Under the pieces are notes generated by a model. It ran no database searches. It had not been told where the DNA came from and saw nothing but the letters and a program-made list of their open reading frames with translations. The translations under genes were made by a program, and so were the position numbers. Of a DNA stretch of 59,663 bases, positions 47,345 through 57,300 are shown in pieces (position 1 is the stretch's first letter; each line of letters begins with the position of its first letter). The stretch comes from an uncultured bacterium (GTDB lineage Bacteria; Fidelibacterota; Marinisomatia; Marinisomatales; UBA1611), in assembly GCA_965660855.1 (NCBI GenBank), contig CBFIBM010000012.1, forward strand, positions 1-59,663, read 5' to 3'.

Positions 47345-47893
47345 ATGAAAATTACATGGAGAATGAGATTTTTATTTTGGTGGTATCTCGATTTTAATTA
47401 CAAAATTCCTAACGATGAAATTTTTAAAATTCATAAATCTGGTGAAGGAATAAAGAAGCTACTTTTTTTTCTTCCGCTTGAAAAGAAAAATGCACAATTA
47501 GCATCATATTTTATTAAAAAATCTGAAAAAGAAAATAATATTGAAAGAAATTATTTTATTCATGAAAAAGCTCTTGAATACTATTCTGAGAATATTTTGG
47601 GTGATTCAATAATCTATAATGATGATGATCTAAACTTTTTTGGTATTTTAAAAACAACATCAATAATTAATCAAATCAATAAAAAAAATTATGATGCTTT
47701 AGTAGACCTGAACCAAAATTATAACAGGTTGATATCATTAATTTGTTTAAAGTTAGATATACCTATTAGGATTGGATTTAAATCGCCACTAGCTGATAAT
47801 CTTTATACTTTAATAGTAGAATCTTCAAAAAAAAGTTTTTTAGAAAAGAATTATAAAATGATTGAAAATCTTTTAAATATTGATCATGGCTAA
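47345..47893 (+). CDS. Hypothetical protein (YDALVDL...RIGF, resembling the N-terminal fold of GT9-like proteins)
   Basis: 182-aa ORF filling the gap; weak motif resemblance only. Confidence 0.6.
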   Translation: MKITWRMRFLFWWYLDFNYKIPNDEIFKIHKSGEGIKKLLFFLPLEKKNAQLASYFIKKSEKENNIERNYFIHEKALEYYSENILGDSIIYNDDDLNFFGILKTTSIINQINKKNYDALVDLNQNYNRLISLICLKLDIPIRIGFKSPLADNLYTLIVESSKKSFLEKNYKMIENLLNIDHG

Positions 47894-47963
47894 TATTTAA
47901 GTATTAATTTTCATGTTTTGGAAAAATAATTAACAATTAAATTATATTTTATATTGAAAAGTA

Positions 47964-47992
47964 TTGCCAACACTCAAACACTAAACTATATT
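47964..47992 (+). promoter_or_regulatory. Sigma70-like promoter TTGCCA-N17-TATATT
   Basis: Consensus-like hexamers with 17-nt spacing, 27 nt before ATG 48020. Confidence 0.55.
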
Positions 47993-48019
47993 GTCCGCCG
48001 GTTTTAGAGAGAAAAATAT

Positions 48020-48418
48020 ATGTTAGAAGGCTTAATCTGCCCAGCTTGTGAAAATACTATTGAAGAGATAGATTTGAGGGATTCATTCAAATGTCCTCAT
48101 TGTTCTACTGACTTAAAGGATAGGAAATATTTAGATTTCCTTGAATTTTTGATGGCTAATGGAATCGTTGAAAACTTAGACTTTTTTGATCAAGAGGTTT
48201 ACAGTGATGATGTTGAAGATTTAGATCAAACTGTAACTGAAGAAGGTGATCCTAGCGAGTACGAAAAGAAAAAAGATCTATTTAATATTTATGAAAATGA
48301 ACTTCATCCTAATAAAGTTGAAGAAAATGATGGTATAAAAGATTACACCCAGTTTGATGGAATAAATGATGATTGGGAAGAATTCAATGAAAGAGAAACT
48401 TCAGCAAAAAGCACTTAG
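48020..48418 (+). CDS. Hypothetical Zn-ribbon protein with acidic tail
   Basis: CPAC...CPHC; D/E-rich C-terminus. Confidence 0.7.
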   Translation: MLEGLICPACENTIEEIDLRDSFKCPHCSTDLKDRKYLDFLEFLMANGIVENLDFFDQEVYSDDVEDLDQTVTEEGDPSEYEKKKDLFNIYENELHPNKVEENDGIKDYTQFDGINDDWEEFNERETSAKST

Positions 48419-48425
48419 ATATAAA

Positions 48426-48752
48426 ATGGATAAAGATAAAAAAAATATTAAACAAATTAATATTGAGCTAGATGAAAAAGTTAGCTCTGGTGAGTATTCA
48501 AATTTTGTTGTTGTAACACATTCGCAAGCTGAATTTATAATGGATTTTACAAGAATTTTACCTGGTGTTCCTAAAGCAAAAGTTCATTCAAGAGTTATCA
48601 TGGCGCCGCAGCATGCAAAAGCCTTTCTCGGTGCATTAAATGAAAATATAAAGAAATTCGAATCAAAACATGGTGAGATTTCAATGCCAAAAAAAAATGA
48701 AGGATTACCTCCATTTAATATTAAAGCATCAGACGAAGGTTTACCGAATTAA
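48426..48752 (+). CDS. DUF3467 family protein
   Basis: INIELDE...GEYSN...HS..EF..DF...PG.PKAKV.SR..P.HAK; ATG 48426 preferred over 48366. Confidence 0.85.
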   Translation: MDKDKKNIKQINIELDEKVSSGEYSNFVVVTHSQAEFIMDFTRILPGVPKAKVHSRVIMAPQHAKAFLGALNENIKKFESKHGEISMPKKNEGLPPFNIKASDEGLPN

Positions 48753-49352
48753 CTTTTTGAAGTTTGGATTGGTTGTTTCGTACCATACCCATGAATTACC
48801 TTTTTTTAGCTCTCTAACTTTTATATTGTTCCAGATAGTTAATATAAACCAACCAATTATATATCCTATAAGTGCTCCAAGTAAAACATCTCCAGGGAAA
48901 TGAACGCCAACATAAACTCTTGAAAATGCAATCAATGATGCAAGAATAAATAGAATTGTTTTAGATCTGTTGTAAAAGAAAGATAATATTGTTGCAAATG
49001 CAAACATATTTGCAGCATGGTTTGAAGGCATGCTCCATTTTCCTCCTTTTTTAACTAATAAGTTTAATCCATCTAATTCGAGGTGAGATGGGCGAACTCT
49101 TTCTATAAATGGTTTAATATATTGAGCACAAACAAAGTCTGTTAAACTCAGAGTTATTATTAATATTATGAGTGTTACTCTTCCCTTTTTTTTAGCGAAA
49201 GTACATAAGGCTATTATTAATAAAGCTATAGGGAGTATCCAATTGTCTTCGTTGGTAATGAATGGCATAAATATATCAAAAATTGAGTTAGATAAATATT
49301 TATGAACCCATAGAAGAATTTTATGATCTAAAATATTAATCTTTTCTATCAT
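48741..49352 (-). CDS. PAP2 family phosphatase
   Basis: K....R.RP, PSNHA, SRVYVGVHFPGD motifs. Confidence 0.9.
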   Translation of the reverse strand: MIEKINILDHKILLWVHKYLSNSIFDIFMPFITNEDNWILPIALLIIALCTFAKKKGRVTLIILIITLSLTDFVCAQYIKPFIERVRPSHLELDGLNLLVKKGGKWSMPSNHAANMFAFATILSFFYNRSKTILFILASLIAFSRVYVGVHFPGDVLLGALIGYIIGWFILTIWNNIKVRELKKGNSWVWYETTNPNFKKLIR

Positions 49353-49365
49353 TTATATAGTGTTA

Positions 49366-50355
49366 TCAAAGTTTGACAATTACTCTTCCTTTCTGTTTAC
49401 CAACTAAAATTTTATTTATTTCAGGAAGCAAATTATCAAGAGTTACAATTTTACATAGTTTTTTTAAATTTTTTATTTTCCATTTATTAGAAAAATTTAC
49501 CCATACAGTCTTTTTTTCGTTTAAAGCTGCTTCTGCAGAATCGATCCCAATCAATGAATTACCACGTAAAATAAATGGGAAAACAGTTGTTTTAAATTTT
49601 GGATTTGAGACATTACCACATGCTATAACTATTCCTTTATAACGCATTTTTGTTAATATTGAGGATAAAATATCACCGCCTGCTACATCAATTGCAGCAT
49701 CATATAAACTTTTATTTAATGGGGATTTAGTATTCTCTAAAAAATTTCTACGTGATATAATATTAGCAGCACCTAGATATTTTAAAAAATCATGTGATGT
49801 ATTTTTTCCAGTAATTGCCGTAACATTTGCTCCAAGGGATGATAAAATAGTTACTGCAAGACTACCCACACCTCCAGAAGCTCCAGTTACTAGTATATCT
49901 AAATCTTTAATTTGTAACTTTTGGTTAATTGAATTTATTGAAAGACCTGCAGTGAGTCCTGCTGTACCAATTATCATTGCTTCTTTTGTAGATAAATTTG
50001 GAGGACATTTTACTATCCAGTCATCCGGTACTCGAATATATTGTCCAAACCCTCCAGCTGTATTCATTCCTAAATCAAAGCCTGTTATAATTACTTTAGT
50101 TCCTTTGGGATAAGAATTATTTGAGGATTCTTCAATAACTCCTGCTGCATCAATACCAGGAGTATGCGGATAAGATTTTGTTATACCTGGGACTCCTGTT
50201 GCAGATAAAGCATCTTTATAGTTTAATGATGAATATTCAACTTTAACTAAAGTATTATGCTTTGGTAAATCATTTATAGGTTTTTCTACAACTTGGTTTA
50301 TGAAATTACCATTCTTATCGCAAGATGTTATTAGTGCTTGAAAAACTTTTGGCAT
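49366..50355 (-). CDS. acuI: YhdH/AcuI family oxidoreductase (acryloyl-CoA reductase-like)
   Basis: YSSLNYKDAL, PGID, IGTAGLTA, VTGASGGVG, PFILRG..L.GIDS; ATG 50355 preferred as start. Confidence 0.85.
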   Translation of the reverse strand: MPKVFQALITSCDKNGNFINQVVEKPINDLPKHNTLVKVEYSSLNYKDALSATGVPGITKSYPHTPGIDAAGVIEESSNNSYPKGTKVIITGFDLGMNTAGGFGQYIRVPDDWIVKCPPNLSTKEAMIIGTAGLTAGLSINSINQKLQIKDLDILVTGASGGVGSLAVTILSSLGANVTAITGKNTSHDFLKYLGAANIISRRNFLENTKSPLNKSLYDAAIDVAGGDILSSILTKMRYKGIVIACGNVSNPKFKTTVFPFILRGNSLIGIDSAEAALNEKKTVWVNFSNKWKIKNLKKLCKIVTLDNLLPEINKILVGKQKGRVIVKL

Positions 50356-50359
50356 TAAA

Positions 50360-51163
50360 CTAATCGTTATCCCAAAATGGTTTTCTTTTTTCAAAAAAAG
50401 AAGCTAATCCATCTTTTCCTTCATTACTATGAATACTCTTTGAAAAAAGGTCTGCTGCTTTTTCAATATTAATCTCTTCACCAGAAGCAATAAATTTTTT
50501 TGTTAAAGAAATTGATCCAGGGGCACATTTATTCACACTATTTTTAATATCAATTAAGTGTTGATCTATATCTTTTTTATTTTTGGCTAAATAATCTATC
50601 ATTCCCATTTCGTATCCTTTCTGTCCATCAAAAACATTCCCAAGTAATAAAAGATTTTTTCCCCTTGTAAACCCAATTCGCTTTAGGACATAAGGTGCAA
50701 TTTGAGCGGGTATGAGACCTAACTTAGTCTCCGTGAGTGCATATTTAGAATCATTCATGCTTATTATGAAATCAGAGGCACATGCGATACCAAATGCTCC
50801 AGCCATTGCTGCCCCTTCAACAATCGATACTGTAATTTGTGGAGTCTTGCTGATTTGTTCAAAAAGAGATCCAATTTGCGTACTCATTTTTAAAGCTAGA
50901 GTGTGTGATTTATTTGTTGATTCAGTAATCTCTTTAATATTTTTTAAATCAGCTCCAGCACAAAAAATACCACCTTTTCCTCTGAAAACAATTCCCCGAA
51001 TTGTAGAGTTTCGTTCGACTGAGGATAAAGTAAGCTTGATGTCATTAATAAGATCTTCAGATAATGCATTTTTCTTTTCAGGTCTATTAAACCAAATATT
51101 CAACCAACTATTTTCTAACTTTAGTATAAGATTTTTAGTATCTGGTAAATTTTCATTAATCAT
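50360..51163 (-). CDS. Enoyl-CoA hydratase (AtuE/methylglutaconyl-CoA hydratase-like)
   Basis: NRPEKKNAL, FCAGAD, LTETKLGLIPAQI, EG..G..SF.EKRKP.W motifs. Confidence 0.85.
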   Translation of the reverse strand: MINENLPDTKNLILKLENSWLNIWFNRPEKKNALSEDLINDIKLTLSSVERNSTIRGIVFRGKGGIFCAGADLKNIKEITESTNKSHTLALKMSTQIGSLFEQISKTPQITVSIVEGAAMAGAFGIACASDFIISMNDSKYALTETKLGLIPAQIAPYVLKRIGFTRGKNLLLLGNVFDGQKGYEMGMIDYLAKNKKDIDQHLIDIKNSVNKCAPGSISLTKKFIASGEEINIEKAADLFSKSIHSNEGKDGLASFFEKRKPFWDND

Positions 51164-51178
51164 GTTTCTTCTTCTTTT

Positions 51179-52975
51179 TTAAAATAGTTTACTTGCTAAA
51201 TGGCTAGTGATAGGAATTTCATATTCAAGGATTTGTTGTGCATAAGCTTTTCCTTGTGGGTCAATGTTTAAACTTGCCATTCCACCACCACCTAGAGAAT
51301 GCTTTAATAAAAAATTAATTCCTGAAATTCCTGGAACGTCCCAAACTTTAATATCTCCTTTCAAGACATGGTTAAAATAAGTAGAGAGGTTAGTAGAGGT
51401 TAAAGCATTTTTAATAAAAGGTAAATATTCAGGTTTTCTTGCTATTATGCCTATATTAGCATGATCTCCTTTATCACCGCTTCTGGCATAAGCTAATTTT
51501 ATCAATGGTACAGAACTATCAAGATTGAGACCCTCCACAGTTGAGTTAAACTTAATCTTAGTTTTATTAATTATAATTTTGTTATTTTTCTTATAAGGAT
51601 GTATTAAAGATTTTTCATTATTTATATCAAAACCCATACTCACTAGGTTTTTATCAAGTAAAAAAGATTGTAAATGGATAGATTGAGAAACTTTGGGCCT
51701 TCCACCCATATAATTCATAACTCCGGGTGTCATTCCCGTCACCGCCTGGGCAATTTCTTTTGAAAAAAGGATAAGAGCTTCTTTTTTAAGATGTTTTGCC
51801 ATTATTCTTAGAACAATTTCTTTTGAGTTTTTATTTACATTCTTGGGACCATAAATAGAGTTTGTACCAATTAAATCAAACTTAATTTCACTAAATGGAT
51901 CAAGATTGTTTTTTTTAAGGATTCTACTAGTTTTATTGAAAATTGCTTCCGCGATAATTTGACCTTTCTTTTCTGCTTTTAATCCACCAATTACAAGTTT
52001 ACCAATAACATTATACCCATTCATATAGGTAACAGATATTTTATATTTATTTGAAGGAGGTAGTCCTTTTGCATTTTTAACCTGAACAATATTATCACCA
52101 ATTTCTTTAATCGTTACTTCAGAAAAATCACAAATAACATCCGGAAGGAGGTATTTAGATGGATCACCTATTTCATATAAAAATTGCTCAGCAACAGTTC
52201 CAAAGCTAACAAGACCTCCAGTTCTAGGTGGTTTACTAACCGTAAATTCTCCATTGTGTTCTACCTCAACAATAGGGAAACCAATATTTTCAAAACCTTT
52301 TATCTCCTCCCAGTCCGTGAAGTTACCGCCAGTACATTGTGCACCACATTCAATGATATGTCCAGCAAGGCTTCCCTGTGCCAAGTAGTCATAGTCATCA
52401 TATTTCCACTTAAATTCATGAATAAGCGGTCCTAAAACCATCGCGCTATCCACACATCTACCAGTTATAATAATATCAGCACCTTTTTTTAATGCAGCGG
52501 CTATTCCCTGCGCTCCAAGATATGCATTTATACTTAAAATATTTTCAGCTAGTGTTTCATTTGTATCAATTTCTCTTAAATCCAACTTTTTTAATTCATC
52601 TAGATTATTTATTAAATCATCACCAAAAACAATCGCAATTTTTAAATCAACTCCAATTTTTTTTGATTCCTCGACTAGTATTGACCTACATGCTTCAGGG
52701 TTAATCCCTCCAGCATTAGATATTATTTTAATTTTTTTTGAATGAATGTCTTTGAGTAATGGAGTAAGCTGTGTTACAAAATCAGTAGCATATCCTAGAT
52801 TTGGATTTTTTAATTTTGAACCTGCTAAAATAGACATACTAACCTCAGCTAAAAAATCAAAAACTAAATAGTCAATATTATCATCATCCACAAGCTGCTT
52901 TGCGGCTGTTGAAGTATCACCCCAAAAACCGGAAGCACATCCAATTTTCACTTTTTTATTTTTTACCTTTGTCAT
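51179..52975 (-). CDS. atuA: Acyclic terpene utilization AtuA family protein
   Basis: SGFWGD, DFLAEVSM, NAYLGA, ITGR..D, GHIIECGAQCTGGN, ARSGDKGD, LGGGG...DPQGK motifs. Confidence 0.92.
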   Translation of the reverse strand: MTKVKNKKVKIGCASGFWGDTSTAAKQLVDDDNIDYLVFDFLAEVSMSILAGSKLKNPNLGYATDFVTQLTPLLKDIHSKKIKIISNAGGINPEACRSILVEESKKIGVDLKIAIVFGDDLINNLDELKKLDLREIDTNETLAENILSINAYLGAQGIAAALKKGADIIITGRCVDSAMVLGPLIHEFKWKYDDYDYLAQGSLAGHIIECGAQCTGGNFTDWEEIKGFENIGFPIVEVEHNGEFTVSKPPRTGGLVSFGTVAEQFLYEIGDPSKYLLPDVICDFSEVTIKEIGDNIVQVKNAKGLPPSNKYKISVTYMNGYNVIGKLVIGGLKAEKKGQIIAEAIFNKTSRILKKNNLDPFSEIKFDLIGTNSIYGPKNVNKNSKEIVLRIMAKHLKKEALILFSKEIAQAVTGMTPGVMNYMGGRPKVSQSIHLQSFLLDKNLVSMGFDINNEKSLIHPYKKNNKIIINKTKIKFNSTVEGLNLDSSVPLIKLAYARSGDKGDHANIGIIARKPEYLPFIKNALTSTNLSTYFNHVLKGDIKVWDVPGISGINFLLKHSLGGGGMASLNIDPQGKAYAQQILEYEIPITSHLASKLF

Positions 52976-53004
52976 TCTCTTATTTTCCCTGCATCATGAG
53001 AAAT

Positions 53005-54249
53005 TTAATCTTTAAATGATTTTTTATTTTTTATCATTTTCTGAAGTAATTCTGGAGGTGAGAATCTTCTTCCATATTTTTTTTCAAGATATTTAGACCG
53101 ATCTAAAAAGTCTTGTAAACCATATTTATTAGCAAACTCTAATATGCCACCTGTTTCTTTAGGGAATCCCCATCCTAATATACTCCCAATGTTTGCATCA
53201 GTTATAGATTCTATGATATTTTCTTCAATACAGCGAATTGTTTCAATTACCTGTGAGAAATATAAACGATCAGTAATGTCATTATCTGATAATTTATTGT
53301 TAGAAATTGGGAAATATCTTTTTAATTCTGGCCATAGAAATTTTTTCTTACCTTTATTATATTCATAAAAACCTCCACCGCTTAATCTACCAGTCCGGTT
53401 AAGGTCTTCAATCATAATTCTCATCACTTGAGTCCAAGAAGCATTGACTGTTTTTGATTTTTTTCGAAGCGTTGATCTTATTTTAGCAGCAAGAGAAATA
53501 CTTATTTCATCTAAAATAGCAAGTGGACCAGTAGGATATCCAGCTTTTTTACTAAGATTTTCAATTCTTTCTGGATCTACACCTTCATATAGTAGAGCCA
53601 TACCTTCGCAAGTATATCGTTCAAATACTCGGGTTGTATAAAACCCGATACCATCATTGACAATTATTGGGGTTTTGCCAATATTTTCAACATAGTTATA
53701 GGCCTGAGAAAGAGTCTGTGGACTTGTGCTCTTACCTTTGATAATTTCTACCAATTTCATCCTATGGACAGGAGAAAAAAAATGTAGTCCCAAGAATTTA
53801 TCAGGTCTTTTAGAATTCTTTGCTAATTCTGTGATTGGTAGTGTAGATGTATTAGAGGCAAAAATAGCATGAGGTTTCATTACTTTTTCAGCTTCCATTA
53901 TTACTTGTTTTTTTATTTCATAATCTTCAAACACTGCTTCAATAATTATATCGCATTCTTTAAGGTGGCTATAATTTGAGGTTGGTAAAATTTTAGAGAG
54001 TACTTTTTTTGATATTTGAAAATCGTAAAACCCATTTTTTACACCATTTTTAAGTATGTTTTTTATAGAACCAAGGCCCTCATCAGCTTTTTTTTGACTA
54101 GAATCTAGCATAATTACATTATTGCCATTCAGAGCAGAGACAAAAGCAATTCCATGCCCCATTAGTCCTGATCCCAAAATTCCAATTTTAAAAACTTCAT
54201 GAACATTTGTTTCTTTTGATATAATCTTATTTAAGTTAGTTTTATTCAT
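53005..54249 (-). CDS. 3-hydroxyacyl-CoA dehydrogenase (FadJ/FadB C-terminal-type, no hydratase domain)
   Basis: LGSGLMGHGIA, IEAVFED, ASNTSTLPI, GLHFFSPV, GSILGWGFP motifs. Confidence 0.88.
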   Translation of the reverse strand: MNKTNLNKIISKETNVHEVFKIGILGSGLMGHGIAFVSALNGNNVIMLDSSQKKADEGLGSIKNILKNGVKNGFYDFQISKKVLSKILPTSNYSHLKECDIIIEAVFEDYEIKKQVIMEAEKVMKPHAIFASNTSTLPITELAKNSKRPDKFLGLHFFSPVHRMKLVEIIKGKSTSPQTLSQAYNYVENIGKTPIIVNDGIGFYTTRVFERYTCEGMALLYEGVDPERIENLSKKAGYPTGPLAILDEISISLAAKIRSTLRKKSKTVNASWTQVMRIMIEDLNRTGRLSGGGFYEYNKGKKKFLWPELKRYFPISNNKLSDNDITDRLYFSQVIETIRCIEENIIESITDANIGSILGWGFPKETGGILEFANKYGLQDFLDRSKYLEKKYGRRFSPPELLQKMIKNKKSFKD

Positions 54250-54398
54250 AGAATATATTTTTTGAAATTATTGTATTATAATCTAACCTAAATCTTATAC
54301 TCATATTTAAAAAATATAATGAACTGATGATCGCTCTTTCTATTTACGAAAAAAAAATATTTAGAGGGAAGGAACTAATAAAAATTAGTTGAGCTAAA

Positions 54399-57300
54399 TT
54401 AAAAGCTAGTTTGTAAACGAATCAATGAAACTCTACCTAGACTTGGCCCACCAACAATCTCAGTATGGTAATGGTTTAGAAGGTTATTAATAGTTAAGTT
54501 GATTTTTAAATTTTTATTTATTTCATAACCAAGATGTAAATCATTTATAAAATAGGGTTTAATATCTCCAAAATAAATTCCAGAAGACCATTGATAGCCA
54601 TCAACGTAACGAGTATTTAATGAACAGGTAACAGGCCATTTTCGAGGTTTATAATTAAGTTTTAGTCCAGCTTTATGTCTTGGGGCATTAATTGGATCTT
54701 TATTTTTAGTTACCGGATTATAAAACTCGGTCATTCCTAAATAAGAATAGTTTAGATCTATAGTCCATTCAGGATGGAAGAGGTAAGTTAAACTTCCATC
54801 AAAACCCCACATATCGACTTCTCCATAATTAATATATCCAACAACAACTGGAGGTGCAAACCCTGGTATAGTATCCATGGCAGTTACTCCTTGAATTCCA
54901 TTTCTCCAATTATCAAAAGATTCATCATAATCTTCTTTGTCATTAATAATATCATTATCAAGATCATCAATAGTATTGATAATACCATTATCATTGTAGT
55001 CTGTCTCTAAAACTTCTTTTTCTACTACAATAGGTGTAATAAATGTTACAGGACTTATAAAGCTTGAATAATGACTAGTATACACATCCAAAGTAGCATA
55101 TAAAAGTGGGTTAATACGACCTTTATAACCCAGTTCCCACGATGTCACAACCTCAGCTTCTAGTTCGGGAAGATCTTTGACACTCTTACTATAAAATCCA
55201 TCAATTCTAGGATCAGTCGAAGGATAAAAATAAATACTTTCATCTGTATCAACTGGTTTATGTATAAATTCTTCTGTACTATAAAAATAAGGGTTATCCA
55301 AAGTATCTCGTGGAAAAACATAGCCGCCGCTTGCTCCTCTGGCGTAGACTTTGAAAATTGAAACTCTTGTTACAAATAGATCAAGGAAAAGTGCTTGATT
55401 AGTAGGTGTATTAAAAGCTTTTGCCCAAGTCAGTCTGAAATTTTGATTGTCTTTTGGACGATATACTAATCCAACCTTTGGTGATACCTGAAGTCCCGAG
55501 GTCCCCTTTGAATTGAAGCTCCAATCCAAAGGACTATAGCCAGAACCATATTGTTGATTATTAAACTCTACTAAGTTTGTTAACCGATCATGAATATCCA
55601 ATCTGGTAGCTTGAATGATTTCCCATTTAGGATTTATCTTCCAATTTAATTGATAATAAGCACCAAGTTCATTTACAGTATATTTATTATCTTCAGAGGC
55701 TTCATCGATCCCTTCATCAATATTTTCGTCAATCTTTCCATCTTTATCGTTATCAATTCCATCTGCAAAAACCACAAAAATTTGACCTCCAAGCCACTTT
55801 ACACCAGGTTCTAATATATCACCTTCATCATAGGTAGAATTTTGATTTTCATCAATATAGTCTGGAATACCATTACTATTTAAATCTTCAAAATCATCAC
55901 TATCGCCATCATTATCAATTCCATCTGCTATAGCATTCAAAACATTATCAATTGAATCAATTAATGTCCCAGTAGGGGTACCATTACTCGTACTCCACTT
56001 TGTATATCTTTCTCCATCATCATACCATGTATTATCGTTTTTATCATCAAATATATAAGGGGAACCTGCTTCACCATTATTATTATTATCCTTACGGTCA
56101 GTAAGGTCTTTATCCGATAAAATAGACCCACGAGTATCAGGAAGTGTTAAAAAATAATCAAGACCCCACACAAACCTTACTTTATCTTCAAAAAAAGTAT
56201 TTACGTGTTGTAATTGAGCACTGAACTTTTTTGAACGATCATAAATTATACTTCCTGTAGCTAGATTTCTTGTCGGGCTTTGGCTGTCTCCTGAATAACT
56301 ACTATTTAAGTAACTTTGGAAAAATAAGTTTTTATAACGTGCTCTGGCTTGATAATATCTATATACCCAACCATCTGCAAGATATCGAGCGATTCCGGTA
56401 ATATTTATATTTCTTGCCCAAGCATATCCATGAGATAAGCTGATACTTGCATCATCATTAGGCTCCCAATCAAGGCGTAAATCATATCTTAAATTTCGAA
56501 CATTGAATTCTGGATAATCATTAATTCCATCATCATTAGCATCTTTATACTTATTAGGTAATCCTCCATAGTTCACAGAAAAGTCTTGCTCGTCTCTCTC
56601 ATCAACCCCTACTTCATTTGGACTAGGAAGTCCATCTCCATCTAGGTCATTAAATATAAACTGTTCCCATATACCATTTCCATTAACATCAGTAAAAGAT
56701 TCTCCATCCCAGACGCCGTTACCCTCACCATAGTCGCCAGTACCATTGTCTCTATCAATTCCAAAATCTAGTAAAAACTCTGCGGGGTTCCAGATACCAT
56801 TTCCATTCTCATCTGTGAAAGCTTCACCTTCATCCCAGGTATTATTCCCATTTAGATCTTCAAAAGGTTCATGATTATCCCATGAACCGTCACCATCTGA
56901 ATCAATAAAAGCTTCTGAGACATTAGCTTCAAAACTACCGTTTCCATTTAAATCAATAAACTCTTCTTCTGGGATACTAAAAGGGTTATACTGAGAGTCT
57001 ATGTATAAACCCCAGTCACCATCATCATCAAGGCCATTACTCCCAAGATTATCATTGAATATTCCATTCCCATTCGTATCGAAAACTATATTACCTTCAG
57101 AATCGTAGGTATAATCCCCAAACCCAGATTTATGATAAAAATCAGTTGCTTCATAGCTGCTATCAGGACTAAAAAATTGAGAGGTATTTACTACTCCAGG
57201 TGCATTACTTTCAAATCGATCTAACCAGGCAGACCCGAGCTCATCAGGTTCGTCAATAATACCATCACCATCATTATCGATACCATCATACCAAGCCTCA

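Noticed and set aside
47969..47986. AACACTCAAACACTAAAC resembling the operator
   Set aside because: 8-bp period, ACT rather than GCT core, lies in the promoter spacer and outside the island; probably coincidental.
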